Source of the DNA: an uncultured Planctomycetales bacterium
GTDB taxonomy: Bacteria; 4484-113; JAFGCY01
Assembly: GCA_964512635.1 (NCBI GenBank)
Contig: CAZEJB010000004.1
Coordinates: forward strand, 51,822-115,821
Direction of reading: 5' to 3'
Length of the DNA stretch: 64,000 bases
Part shown: positions 19,280 through 29,437 of the stretch, in pieces
Numbering within the stretch: the first letter of the stretch is position 1
How the letters are laid out: every line of letters begins with the position of its first letter
Notes under the pieces: model-generated
What the model was told of the DNA's origin: nothing
Seen by the model: only the letters and a program-made list of their open reading frames with translations
Database searches by the model: none
Program-made: the position numbers and the translations under genes

Positions 19280-21690
19280 GCATGAAGCTGTCTATCCGCG
19301 TGCTGGCAAGTCTCTGTCTGCTCATTGTGCTTGTTGCAGCCGCTTCCAGCCCGGCACTGGCCAAACCGCCCAAAGGCATCACATGGGATGTCCAGCTCGG
19401 CTACAACAAACTGGCACAGAAGGGCAGGGTAAACCCGGTCATTGTCGACATGACCAACAATTCGCCTGGTACCAACCTTTCCGGCGATCTGGTCCTTGAG
19501 TACGGCGGGGTTGAATACTCCACACGGCTCGAACTGCCGACGCCGAGCAAGAAGCGTTTCTACCTCTATTTCCCCTGCGAGGACTATCCCCCGACGCTGA
19601 CTGTCCGTGTGCGTACCAAGGGCTACACCGAAGAGAAACTGATCAGCGCCTTCAATTCCACGATTGAGGCTTCGGATCTGAACGTACTGGTTCTGTCAAA
19701 CCAGAAGGGCAGTCTTGGAGTAGTGAATCAGCAGGTATCGGCTCGGATGCTCCGCGACATCTTCAACGCCGAGAATGCGGAGATTGGCGCGGCGACGGTC
19801 TTCGTCTCCTACCTGCGCCTCGACGAGTGCGAGCCCAACCCGAAGTTCTTTTCGACCGCCGATGTAATCGTGCTGGCCGATGTGGATTACCAGCAGATGA
19901 GCATGGAAATGGCGGAGGCCCTCAAGGCGGCGCTGGCCGGTGGCAAAAGCCTGGTCTTTTCCCTTGGCCTCAATGGCCCGGCCGTAGGGTCAAGCCCGCT
20001 TAACGAAGTCTGCCCACTGCAGGTTGCCGGGACGGAAACGGTAAGCAACCTCGGCAGCTTTGGGGAGCGTTATCGCTTCGACGCCGCGCGCTCGCCGGCC
20101 ATTCTGGCCACCGGCAGCTATGGACCGGGCACCGAAGTCCTCAGCTGGGCCGGGCAGAAGCCGGTCATCCTGCGCCGCACCTGGGGCAGTGGGACGGCTA
20201 TCGCCCTGGCCTTCGATTTCACCCAGGTGCCCTTCAAGCAGAACCCGCGTGTGGCCGACATTTTCAACGACTATGTCTTCAGGGTTAACGACACGGTTCA
20301 GCTCAGCAACTGGTATCTGCATCCCGGGCCGCTGGCCCAGATACTGAGTACCCTCGGCGCGGCCAAGCCAATGGAGCCGCAGTTCGTGCTGCTCTTCCTG
20401 CTGGCCTACGTCGTGCTGATCGGCCCATTGAACTTTCTGATCCTTGACCGCTTCAAGCGCCGCACACTGGTCTGGACGACAATTCCGCTGATCGTGGCCG
20501 GCTTCAGCTATCTCGGCCTGATGACCGGCTATCTGCGGCGCGGCGCCAATAACATCACGGCCTATTTCCAGGAAATGCATGTCTTTCCCGGAGCTGCCTA
20601 CACGCCATATCAGACCGTGATGCTTGTCTTTACCGCGGAGCGCACAAAGTATGAACTGAAAGTACCTGACCAGAGCGCCTTCCTCTATCCCACCATCCCG
20701 AGTCCGGATCCGACTAACCTGCCGACCCAGCCCGGCCTTGGTGTCTTTACCGGTGGCCGAATTGACAACAGCGGGGAGCCGCAGATCAAGATTACCCAGG
20801 GCAAATGGGACCCCAAGACTTACTATTATCAGGGATTTGTGGCTCAGCAGGCTGGTGCAACCTCGGCCCTCAGCGGCGTGCGAGGGGAAGGCGGTTTGCA
20901 GACAGTATCAGGCACATTCTCTCTCAGTCTGCCTTTTGACCTCCACAACGCATACATCTTTGGTCCGGGCTATGAACATGAGATCGGCAACATTCCGGGT
21001 ACAGGGAGCTTTGATATTGCCAATCTCCAGCCCGGTTCAGGTGGCGGTGCCCTGAGCGGTGACAACTATCTGGTTCAGCGGCTCAAGGAGATCATCAACC
21101 GCCAGAAGGAATCATCGCGACTGGCCCTGGCCTACCGTGATGAAGTGCTGCTGGTCGGTTTTAGCGAAGATATCGAGTCACTCGCCAAGTTCGACCGCGC
21201 TCACAAAGAGTATCGCCTCAACATGGTGGTGGTCCACCTGCCTTACAGCGCCAGCGTCGAAAAGGCGGGTGACCTGTCGGTTGGCCGCGCCCTGCTTACC
21301 GGCGGCAAGGACTTTAGTAACGAGGATCGCCGCTGGGGTAATTTCCAGTCTGAGTCGGCCCAGGGGCTCGACAATGTTCGCATCAAGCCGCAGGGCTTTG
21401 TTGACCTGGAATATGAGATCGCCGGCGACCTGAAGCGCGACAGTTCGATCCACATTTCGCTGGCCATCCGCGATAAGAATGAGAATCCGGTCGAGGACTC
21501 CTCCAACTTCATGAAGGTCGAGGTGCGCTCAGGTGGCGAGTGGCAGCCCCTGGCGATTGCCGATGGCAAATCAGTAGACGTGCCCGTTGGCGGACTGATG
21601 GACTCGCGGCGAAAGTTGACCCTGCGCTACACGGCACTCGGCGACGAGATTCTGTTTACGCTGCCTGATGACCGCCAGTCTGTCTACTAG
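19276..21690 (+). CDS. large exported/membrane-anchored hypothetical protein (possible ABC-2 auxiliary component)
   Basis: 804 aa. N-terminal signal peptide, two internal TM helices around aa 365-420. ATGA overlap with the upstream permease. No motif recognised. Confidence 0.4.
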   Translation: MSMKLSIRVLASLCLLIVLVAAASSPALAKPPKGITWDVQLGYNKLAQKGRVNPVIVDMTNNSPGTNLSGDLVLEYGGVEYSTRLELPTPSKKRFYLYFPCEDYPPTLTVRVRTKGYTEEKLISAFNSTIEASDLNVLVLSNQKGSLGVVNQQVSARMLRDIFNAENAEIGAATVFVSYLRLDECEPNPKFFSTADVIVLADVDYQQMSMEMAEALKAALAGGKSLVFSLGLNGPAVGSSPLNEVCPLQVAGTETVSNLGSFGERYRFDAARSPAILATGSYGPGTEVLSWAGQKPVILRRTWGSGTAIALAFDFTQVPFKQNPRVADIFNDYVFRVNDTVQLSNWYLHPGPLAQILSTLGAAKPMEPQFVLLFLLAYVVLIGPLNFLILDRFKRRTLVWTTIPLIVAGFSYLGLMTGYLRRGANNITAYFQEMHVFPGAAYTPYQTVMLVFTAERTKYELKVPDQSAFLYPTIPSPDPTNLPTQPGLGVFTGGRIDNSGEPQIKITQGKWDPKTYYYQGFVAQQAGATSALSGVRGEGGLQTVSGTFSLSLPFDLHNAYIFGPGYEHEIGNIPGTGSFDIANLQPGSGGGALSGDNYLVQRLKEIINRQKESSRLALAYRDEVLLVGFSEDIESLAKFDRAHKEYRLNMVVVHLPYSASVEKAGDLSVGRALLTGGKDFSNEDRRWGNFQSESAQGLDNVRIKPQGFVDLEYEIAGDLKRDSSIHISLAIRDKNENPVEDSSNFMKVEVRSGGEWQPLAIADGKSVDVPVGGLMDSRRKLTLRYTALGDEILFTLPDDRQSVY

Positions 21691-21816
21691 GCCCAGGATG
21701 AAAGTGAAGGCAGTTGCCTGCCTCCTGCCGCAGACCTGCGGCGGCAAGGCAAATGGAGCTGGCTGCGAGTGCAGGCGGCACTTAGTCAATTGGCAGTCAC
21801 ATGAGCGGATGGAACC

Positions 21817-22662
21817 CTACCTGGCGGCCTGACCGAGCCAGTCGCCACCGAATGGCGCGGCCTCCCAGTCATCGATCCACCAGGTACCACTGAGCTGAGT
21901 GCAGTCCTCTGAGCAGACAAAGGCAGCGAACCCGCCGGCCCGCTCGCTTTCCCAGCGCATGGAGAGAATTCCGCCGTTATAGAAACCGGAAATGCGCATA
22001 TTGCTGTCGCCGGTAACAGTTCCTTCCCATGAGCTGCCTACATATCGGGAGATGTCAATGAAACCGCGGCTGGTGTTGAACTTGTTGACGCTCAGGCCGG
22101 GGTTGGCACGTTCCGGCATTCGGGCAAACCAGAATCCAGTCCGGTTCTCATAACTCCAAAGATATAGAAAATTCTGCTGGTAGAGCTGGCCGTACATTTC
22201 CACCGCGCCGCCACCGAAACTGAGCTCCATGACTCCGGGCCGCGGCTTCTTCCAGTTGCCGTCGTCCACTTTGGTCTCATTGTCCTTGACCCCTGTCCAG
22301 GTGGCATAGCCATTCGGTTGCAGGTTCAGGATGTCTTGCTGGTCTACCGGGATCAGGTTCATCTTTTCCTCAACTACCTGGCAGATCTGCAGGTAGCGGC
22401 CCAGAATCGCCGGTTCGAGCAGCGTATCTTCGCCTGGCAGGGTCGGCCCGCGGTCTGCCGGAGCCTCAACCCCTTCGCTGTCATCCGGCCGCCCGCGCAG
22501 CGGAACCTCGGGCACGGGCGACTTGAATTCCGGGCTGTCCCAGGGATGTGTTCCGCGCACCTGTGCTGCCTGGCGCTCCGCTGCCTCGCCGTCGCGGCGG
22601 CAGGCCGAGCTGAAAAGCGGCAGTCCAAGGACCAGGGCCAGAATCGCGCAGCGCAAAAGCAT
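21817..22662 (-). CDS. exported hypothetical protein (possible lipoprotein)
   Basis: Signal peptide MLLRCAILALVLGLPLFSSAC. Trp/Gly-rich mature region. No known motif. Confidence 0.4.
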   Translation of the reverse strand: MLLRCAILALVLGLPLFSSACRRDGEAAERQAAQVRGTHPWDSPEFKSPVPEVPLRGRPDDSEGVEAPADRGPTLPGEDTLLEPAILGRYLQICQVVEEKMNLIPVDQQDILNLQPNGYATWTGVKDNETKVDDGNWKKPRPGVMELSFGGGAVEMYGQLYQQNFLYLWSYENRTGFWFARMPERANPGLSVNKFNTSRGFIDISRYVGSSWEGTVTGDSNMRISGFYNGGILSMRWESERAGGFAAFVCSEDCTQLSGTWWIDDWEAAPFGGDWLGQAAR

Positions 22663-22735
22663 GGGCCTATTCTAGACGCGTCCACGGACCAGGGGTTTCA
22701 CCCCTTGCCGGGCCGCTCCTGCCAGGGATCGCTGT

Positions 22736-24340
22736 CTACCAGCTCTCCGATTCGACGAACTGCCGCAGGAAGTACTCCGGATTCAGCTTCTCGCCGCCGA
22801 GGTGCTCCAGCGCCTCGTTCCAAGGACGCAGTGCCCCTTGCTCAAACAGGCCCTTGCGCAGCCAGGCGCCGGTAGCTGGCTGACGAATGAGCGGCGCAGT
22901 TCCCAGCTTCGTTTCGATGTAGTTTTGCATCTGGCTCGCTGTCAACTCGCCGAGGATGTAGTTGTGATAATACACCGGCGACTGGGCAATATGGGTCTTG
23001 GTAGCCCAGTCCGGCGCGTTGCGGCCGTCAGGGCGTGTCAGGAGCTGATACCGTTCCACCAGGTCCCACCACAAGGTATTCAAATCCTGGGTTGGATCGG
23101 CATACAGGCTGCGCTCAAAGTGTGTCATGACCATCATCCAGCGGGTGAAAACCAGCATCTGGAAGGCCAGCTGCCGGCGCGCACCGGCAGCGAGCTCGCC
23201 GGCCAGCTCAGCGCTGAGACCCAGTATGTCGCTAAGCCAGGCGGCGTCATAGGTAAGACGGCCAAAGAGCATTGCGATGGCTTCCGTGCTGCAGATATGC
23301 GCGATCCCGCGCAGGAAGTAGGCCTGCTCCGGCAGCATGTACTGGTCGTAGGCCGCATGGCCGAACTCATGCAGCATCGTGCTGGCCCAGTCGGCGTTCT
23401 CCCGGCAGTTACACAAAACATGAACCTGCTTTGGATCGCGACCGATCACCAGACAGAACGCGCCCTGGTCCTTTCCCTCGCGTTCATAGAGATCACTGTT
23501 CGCCAGGCTGGTTTCGATGTTCAAACCAACGCGCTCAAAGGTCTCCGCAGTCAGTGCCTCCAGGTTGCGCCCGGCAAAGTACTGGTCGAGCTTCTGGTCA
23601 ATAATCTGCGGCGCTTCCTGGAAGAAGGGGTCCTCATAGTGCCATGGTCGCAGCTCAGCGGTATCCTCAAGGCCGAAGCGGCGGCACAGGCGTTCATCCA
23701 GCAGCGCTTTGGCACGGCGAAAAGGCTCGCGGGTGGCCTGCTCAAGCCTGTCGAGTAAGGCAAACAGCTCTTGTTCGTCAATTTCCTGTGTCTGCAGCTG
23801 GCGGTCGTAGTAATCCCGAAAGCCCATCTCGCGGGCGCCAATGTTACGGATCTCCACCAGCTCAAGTAGCAGCCCTTCGACTTCCGGGCCGATTTGCTTG
23901 CTGGCCTCCCAGTGCTGCCGGCGCAGTTCGCTCTCATCGCTCTCGCGCAGGCAATCGTGAATGTCATTGGCACTGACGTGCTGGCCCGCAACTGTCCCTC
24001 GAAAATTCGTGTAGAGCGCGCCTATCTGGGCCTGCAGTTCGTTGCTGCGCTGCGCTGCCGCTTCACTCTCCTGATTGCGAATGAACTCGTTGACAAGCAG
24101 AGCTGCGGTGCGGTCCAGTTCGGCAGGCAGGTTCGCGTTCACTTCGCGCAGGCGCTTCAGTTCGGTGAAGCGTTCAGCACTCCCATAGACCGCGTGATAC
24201 TCCATTCCCAGTTCGATCATCCGAGGAAGCAGACTCTCATCGCCGGTGTTTGCGAAGCGCCATTCAGTCTGGCTCAGCGCAATCTCCAGCCGCTCTGTCT
24301 CCTGCGCAAGCGTGTCTACAAACTGCTCTAATTCCTGCAT
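22736..24340 (-). CDS. gluzincin zinc metallopeptidase, M2 (ACE-like) / M3 / M32-like
   Basis: HEXXH as TMLHEFGHAAYDQ, with a downstream HICSTEAIAM glutamate about 24 residues on (gluzincin third ligand). The C-terminal SPVYYHNYILGEL resembles the conserved Y-rich helix of the M2/M3 families. No signal peptide. ATG at 24340 has a GGGAGC RBS. Exact family not resolvable by eye. Confidence 0.6.
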   Translation of the reverse strand: MQELEQFVDTLAQETERLEIALSQTEWRFANTGDESLLPRMIELGMEYHAVYGSAERFTELKRLREVNANLPAELDRTAALLVNEFIRNQESEAAAQRSNELQAQIGALYTNFRGTVAGQHVSANDIHDCLRESDESELRRQHWEASKQIGPEVEGLLLELVEIRNIGAREMGFRDYYDRQLQTQEIDEQELFALLDRLEQATREPFRRAKALLDERLCRRFGLEDTAELRPWHYEDPFFQEAPQIIDQKLDQYFAGRNLEALTAETFERVGLNIETSLANSDLYEREGKDQGAFCLVIGRDPKQVHVLCNCRENADWASTMLHEFGHAAYDQYMLPEQAYFLRGIAHICSTEAIAMLFGRLTYDAAWLSDILGLSAELAGELAAGARRQLAFQMLVFTRWMMVMTHFERSLYADPTQDLNTLWWDLVERYQLLTRPDGRNAPDWATKTHIAQSPVYYHNYILGELTASQMQNYIETKLGTAPLIRQPATGAWLRKGLFEQGALRPWNEALEHLGGEKLNPEYFLRQFVESESW

Positions 24341-24384
24341 GCTGCTCCCGCTGACCGGCTCCCGCCGGCATGATGCGAATGTCA

Positions 24385-25839
24385 CTAACTGTCGGTCAAT
24401 AGTCCCTGCTGCTTAAGCCAGAGGCCATAGGCCTGACCCAACATTACGTTTTCGTTGTTTGGCGATGTCAGGAGCTGACGGCGCACATCCGAGTCGAGCA
24501 CGCCGGGCTGAGCTCCCCAGTCCAGGACAAGGTAATAAGACAGGCTGCGGTTACCCAGGCGGGCAAGCGTCCCAAGCTCCTCATCGGAAGGCAGGTCGCG
24601 CCCATAGCGGGCAATGCTGCCCAAAACCGCATTCGCCGCGGTTTCCGGCAGAAATGGTGCTTGCTGCAGGGCATAGGCCACCGCGGCCTTGTCCTTGTGA
24701 ATGCAGGCCAGAGAAAGCTCATAGCCAAGGTCGGCGATTACCCCACGGCTCAGCTCGGTCAACTCCTGCATTCGCTTTTGTGCCGCGGCCATGGCTGCCT
24801 TGTCGCCCGCTTCGCCCTTGCTGTCCTCAGTGCTGGCCGTCTTGTGGTTGGTGTCCAGCTCAGTCTGATACTGCTTAAGCGTTTCAATCTGCTTGAGCGG
24901 AAAACGCTCAATCGCTCCGTCAGCGAACAGCAGGGCGAGCTGATCGGCAGTGGCTTTGGCAGCCTCTGAGCCGCGCAGCTTGCCCGGGAAACTAAGGCCC
25001 TTGGGGGCGGTTTGTGCAGCAGCCTTCAGCAGCAGGTCATGTTGCAATTGGGGTACCTGCTGGTTGGAAAGCAGGCTGTTCCAGGTCTCAAGCGGTGCGT
25101 GTCGCAGCAGTCCAGCCCACTGCTCGGGGGCGGTATTCAGCAATGCCGGCTGGCCAATGTAGCCTGTGAAATCGATCTTGCGGTCACCGCGCTGCCCCAA
25201 TATTGAGTCAATGGAGAAGCGCCGCAGAACATCACTATCCGGCGCATCGCGATACAGCTGCTCCAGACGTTGAACAACCGCATCATCAAGCTGCAGTGGT
25301 CCGCCAGGTTCGTAATCCAGCCGTGCCATACCGATGCAAAAGGTGCTCAGGTCCTTGGGTGCTGTAACATCCAAAGCCCTGATCCAGAAGTCCGGCGGAA
25401 ACTGCTCCGCGTTTTCAAAACCATAAACAGCGCCAAACCAGCGCGCCTGGGCCTGCGGACCGGCATAGCGATCCAGCCAGGCTGCGCTGGCCTTGCCATC
25501 CCCGGTCAGGCTGTCCAGCACGACAGCCGCGAGTTGATCATCAACCGCCTGGGCTGCCAGGATGTCGCGAAACTCCTGAAGTTTGAATCGCAGAATGAAA
25601 AGCAAAGCAAACTGGCGCAGGTCTGCATTATCCCCACTGAGGTATTCCTTGATGAGTTCACGCTTGGCAGCAGAACTCTCTCCACTTTGCTCAACCTCAC
25701 TCTGCTGTTGTTGCTGAGCAGCATTACCCGATGGAGCGTGCACTTTGTTTTTTGCCGCTGGGCAGCCTGCAAGGCACCAGAGAGTCATGGCCGCAGCAAA
25801 CCCCCAAAGGGCATGTTTCAGGCTGTAGTGATTAGTCAT
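24385..25839 (-). CDS. hypothetical lipoprotein
   Basis: Start MTNHYSLKHALWGFAAAMTLWCLAGC with lipobox LAGC and a strong GGAGGGAA RBS. Gln-rich region after the Cys. Helical repeat-like body. No known motif. Confidence 0.45.
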   Translation of the reverse strand: MTNHYSLKHALWGFAAAMTLWCLAGCPAAKNKVHAPSGNAAQQQQQSEVEQSGESSAAKRELIKEYLSGDNADLRQFALLFILRFKLQEFRDILAAQAVDDQLAAVVLDSLTGDGKASAAWLDRYAGPQAQARWFGAVYGFENAEQFPPDFWIRALDVTAPKDLSTFCIGMARLDYEPGGPLQLDDAVVQRLEQLYRDAPDSDVLRRFSIDSILGQRGDRKIDFTGYIGQPALLNTAPEQWAGLLRHAPLETWNSLLSNQQVPQLQHDLLLKAAAQTAPKGLSFPGKLRGSEAAKATADQLALLFADGAIERFPLKQIETLKQYQTELDTNHKTASTEDSKGEAGDKAAMAAAQKRMQELTELSRGVIADLGYELSLACIHKDKAAVAYALQQAPFLPETAANAVLGSIARYGRDLPSDEELGTLARLGNRSLSYYLVLDWGAQPGVLDSDVRRQLLTSPNNENVMLGQAYGLWLKQQGLLTDS

Positions 25840-27055
25840 AAACTGCAGTTCCCTCCAGTAAAGAGACTCCCGGAAGGCGGGAAGTGATGCCCAGCGCCGC
25901 CGCCACGCTCGCGCCAAGGTGGTGCATTCCGACCGGCGGATCCAATCGGCGTCCGCCGCGTTTGGCTATGCCTGGGCTAAAAGCGAGGAGCGGTACCTGT
26001 TCGCGGGAGTGGTCTGTGCTTGCGGTAGTGGGGTCATTACCGTGGTCTGCGGTCAGAATCAGCAGCTCGTCGTCCTGAAGCTGATCCAGCGTGCCAGCCA
26101 GCCAGCGGTCAAAGACCTCCAGGGCCCGGCCAAAACCTGCGGCGTCATTGCGATGGCCATACAACTGGTCAAAGTCCACGAGGTTGCAGAGCAACAGTCC
26201 GCTCCACTGCTTGTCCCGCAGCAGCTCGCCTGTTTGCAGCAGCTCCTCGGCGTTGGTGTGGAAGGGGAAACTCTGGCTTAGTCCGCGCCCAGTCCGCGGA
26301 TAACAAAAGAGATCACCAATCTTGCCCACGCCAATTACTTCCAGTCCTTCTTCATGAATCTCGTCCAGCAAAGTCAGTGTTGGCGGTTCAAGCGAGAAGT
26401 CGCGCCGGTCAGCCGTGCGCTGATATCCGGCGACACGGTCACCGCTGAAAGGCCGGGCAATCACCCGGTCGACTGCGAGCTCTCCGCTGAGCATCTCACG
26501 GGCGATCTGGCAGCAGCGGTAAAGCTCTTCCAAAGGAACGATTTCAACATGCGCCGCTATCTGAAACACACTGTCGGCACTGGTGTAGACGATCAGGCCA
26601 CCGGAAGCTTGCTGCGCTGGCCCCAGCTCCTGGATGATCTGAGTTCCGCTGGCCACCTTGTTGCCAAGGATGACATGGCCGCAGGCCCGGCCGAATTCAT
26701 CAATCAGCCCGGACGGGAAGCCGCTGGGAAAGGTTGGTGCAGGACTGAGCCGCGGCAGGCCAAAGAGCTCCCAGTGACCTGTGGTGGAGTCCTTTCCGGC
26801 GGAGACTTCTGTCAGCCGGCCGTAATCCGCAGCAGGCCTGTCGGTCCAGGTCAGACCAGGAGGCTGTACTGGATAGAGCAGGCCAAGACCAAGCCGTGCC
26901 AGGGACGGAAGGCTTAGTGCCGCTCCTTGCGCGGCGCAGCTTTCAAGGACATGCAGCAGGGTATCGCTTCCCGCATCGCCGTAATACGCGGCATCCGGCG
27001 CGCCGCCGCAGCCGACTCCGTCCAGGACCAGCACCGTAACGCGCCTGTAGCTCAC
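25832..27055 (-). CDS. deoB: phosphopentomutase
   Basis: N-terminal VLVLDGVGCGGAPDAAYYGDAGSDTL matches DeoB (cf. VLDSFGIGA..DAERFGDVGADTL). The C-terminal TADHGNDPT metal-binding motif is present. Confidence 0.8.
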   Translation of the reverse strand: MSYRRVTVLVLDGVGCGGAPDAAYYGDAGSDTLLHVLESCAAQGAALSLPSLARLGLGLLYPVQPPGLTWTDRPAADYGRLTEVSAGKDSTTGHWELFGLPRLSPAPTFPSGFPSGLIDEFGRACGHVILGNKVASGTQIIQELGPAQQASGGLIVYTSADSVFQIAAHVEIVPLEELYRCCQIAREMLSGELAVDRVIARPFSGDRVAGYQRTADRRDFSLEPPTLTLLDEIHEEGLEVIGVGKIGDLFCYPRTGRGLSQSFPFHTNAEELLQTGELLRDKQWSGLLLCNLVDFDQLYGHRNDAAGFGRALEVFDRWLAGTLDQLQDDELLILTADHGNDPTTASTDHSREQVPLLAFSPGIAKRGGRRLDPPVGMHHLGASVAAALGITSRLPGVSLLEGTAVYD

Positions 27056-27110
27056 CTGCCGATTGTAGGGCAGGCGCGGTGTAAGATTTCAGTGAGGAGG
27101 AAGTCAGCGC

Positions 27111-28805
27111 TTGGGCGCCCCTGTGATAAGAGGCATGTCGCTGTGGACGGCATTGGCGGCCGCGCCGCTGCTGCTGCCCTGCTTAGCCCGCGGCGAGGAG
27201 CCACGTGATGCTATCAAGCGCCTGCCTGACCTGACCCACCAGAGCACCTTTGAGACCTTTGCCGCCGATGGCAGCCAGGGGCGCTCGCGACAGGAAGAAA
27301 ACTACCTTGGCACCTGGGACCTGGACTGGTACCCAGGAACCATAACCCTGGCGCAGGGTACTCGCGTTACGCCGGGAATCGGCTATACGGTCTATCTGAA
27401 TGACCGTCATGACCGGCTCAGTGGCGGGTCAACCGACCTGCGCGGCGACCAGTTCGACTTCCAACTGCGCCTTGAGCAGGACCAGCGGCTGCAGGGCAGC
27501 TTCGGCTGGCATCGGGTTGACCGCTACAGCGGCAGCCCGGGTAGCACGCTGCGTCCGGATATGCAGGTTGAAGACAGCCGCAGCTTCAATCTTTCCCTGG
27601 CCCAGCCCAACCTGCCGACGCTCAGCATCAGCGGGGTCGGAAGCTCCAACTACTCCAGCGCACTGGACGGCCAGACAGGCAGTGACTACGACAAGCTGCG
27701 CTATGGTGTCGATTTCGGCCGCGACTGGCAGACGGCCGCCATGCGAGCCCGAATGGAGGCGGAGTCCTGGCGTGGACGTAACTACCGGGACAATTCGGAA
27801 AACAGCGGCGACCGCAGCTATGCTGAGGCCAGCCAGCGCCTACGCCTTGGGGCAATCGGCGACCTGAACCTGAATTACTACTTCGAGGAAGTCTCACAGA
27901 TCAACAGTGGCTCGCTAGAGCCTTCACGCGTGGCCTCGAATCGCTTCAGCCTGAATCTGCAGGGCGGGCTGAACCTCAGCCGCGGCAAACTGGCCGCTCC
28001 GCTGAGTTATGGCACGTCTTACGCGAACTACACGAACCAGACTGTCTCAGGAGCTACGGACACGACCTATAACCGTACGGAACGAGGCTTTAACTTCAAG
28101 CTCAATGCCCCGGTGCCGGAAGGCAAGCTGGCCCAGTTCAGTTATGCCACCGCCTACAGCGAGGACCGCCAGTCTGACCGCCAGAACACTGCGATCAACC
28201 AGGATCTGCACTGGGACTTTCGGCCGAACAAACTCACCGATGCCGGCGCCTCATACTTCCAGCAGCGTGAAACCGATGAGCTGCAGCGGCTGCGCAACAA
28301 GGAGATTGACCGTGTGCAGACCTACCTGAACTATCGGATCCCCGGCAACCGGGGAACCCTGGGCTCAGTCTACACAGTTGCCAGCGAGCGTTATCCTAGC
28401 ACTCAGCGGCAGATCAACACAAGCGAGCTTCGCTTTAACAACACCCTGCAGTTTGGACCCAGCGCAAACCTGACCTTCAGCTATGTCCAGAACTACAGCG
28501 ACGCTGAGAACAACCTGTTCCGCGAAAATGGTAACGACTACACGCGGTCTGCGGTGCAGTACCGTCTCAGTACTCCGGACCGGATAAATCTGGACGCCAC
28601 CTGGAGCCAGCAGACGAACCGCTATTATCCTGGTACGACCAAACGGGATGTGCAGGGTCTGGCCCTTGGCTTCAGCTACAGCACGACTAACAACTGGAGC
28701 TACGCGCTGCGACTGGACAGCAGCGATGAACATGAGGAAAGCGATGCCAGCGGGATATATCGCTCGGGTGATCAGCTGCAGGCCATCGTGACATACACTT
28801 TCTAA
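27111..28805 (+). CDS. outer-membrane beta-barrel protein (porin-like)
   Basis: Signal peptide MSLWTALAAAPLLLPCLARG. Alternating Tyr/Asn/Ser/Arg-rich composition. C-terminal ...AIVTYTF ends in Phe as in OMP beta-signals. Confidence 0.5.
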   Translation: MGAPVIRGMSLWTALAAAPLLLPCLARGEEPRDAIKRLPDLTHQSTFETFAADGSQGRSRQEENYLGTWDLDWYPGTITLAQGTRVTPGIGYTVYLNDRHDRLSGGSTDLRGDQFDFQLRLEQDQRLQGSFGWHRVDRYSGSPGSTLRPDMQVEDSRSFNLSLAQPNLPTLSISGVGSSNYSSALDGQTGSDYDKLRYGVDFGRDWQTAAMRARMEAESWRGRNYRDNSENSGDRSYAEASQRLRLGAIGDLNLNYYFEEVSQINSGSLEPSRVASNRFSLNLQGGLNLSRGKLAAPLSYGTSYANYTNQTVSGATDTTYNRTERGFNFKLNAPVPEGKLAQFSYATAYSEDRQSDRQNTAINQDLHWDFRPNKLTDAGASYFQQRETDELQRLRNKEIDRVQTYLNYRIPGNRGTLGSVYTVASERYPSTQRQINTSELRFNNTLQFGPSANLTFSYVQNYSDAENNLFRENGNDYTRSAVQYRLSTPDRINLDATWSQQTNRYYPGTTKRDVQGLALGFSYSTTNNWSYALRLDSSDEHEESDASGIYRSGDQLQAIVTYTF

Positions 28806-28891
28806 GCAGGATGATCTTGAAACAAAAAAAACTCCCTGGACGCCCTGGCACAGACTTTGCCAGCCTGCGTGTCACAAGAGTGCGGCTTCTG

Positions 28892-29413
28892 ATGTCCCTG
28901 GCGGCAGCAGTACTGCTGCTGGTCCTGCAAGCCTGTTCCTCATCCGGAGCGCCTACTGGCGAGGAAGAGGTACGCAGTTTGCTGGAGACGCAGCTAAGCA
29001 TTGTGGCCGAAGGAATAGAACGCGAAGACGCAATACTGGCCAGCCAGCCCGTGGGTTCTTTATTCAGCATGGGCGCGAATGTGGCATTGCGCTACGGCAG
29101 CACGACCTTTCCGCCCGCCGGGATTTCAGAAGTCCGGGGCCTGCGGCCTTTCCGCACTTTCTTCGCAGAGGCCTTCAAACAGAATGCCAACATTACCCAG
29201 AGTTTTGAAGTCACTGACTTTGAAGTGAATGGCGACGTCGCGACTCTGACCGTTACCAGTACATTCAATGCCACGCGGGTCGATTCTGTGCCGCCGTCGA
29301 ACACGACTGCCGAACTGGAGGACTACATGGTCTTTCAGCGGGAAGAAGGTACCTGGCGCCTGATCAACTGGGATCAGGTTCCAGCTGAGACACCCAAAGT
29401 TCCCCCGGTATAG
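28892..29413 (+). CDS. hypothetical lipoprotein (possibly SnoaL/NTF2-like fold)
   Basis: MSLAAAVLLLVLQAC lipobox. ~170 aa mature protein with an alternating-strand pattern. Assignment weak. Confidence 0.35.
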   Translation: MSLAAAVLLLVLQACSSSGAPTGEEEVRSLLETQLSIVAEGIEREDAILASQPVGSLFSMGANVALRYGSTTFPPAGISEVRGLRPFRTFFAEAFKQNANITQSFEVTDFEVNGDVATLTVTSTFNATRVDSVPPSNTTAELEDYMVFQREEGTWRLINWDQVPAETPKVPPV

Positions 29414-29437
29414 ACAAGCGCCGGACCAGTCAGGAGT

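Noticed and set aside
21691-21816. Intrinsic terminator between convergent genes 19276-21690 and 21817-22662
   Set aside because: Only short GC hairpins are present (e.g. GCCGCAG/CTGCGGC around 21727-21743), with no following T-tract on either strand. Too weak to call.
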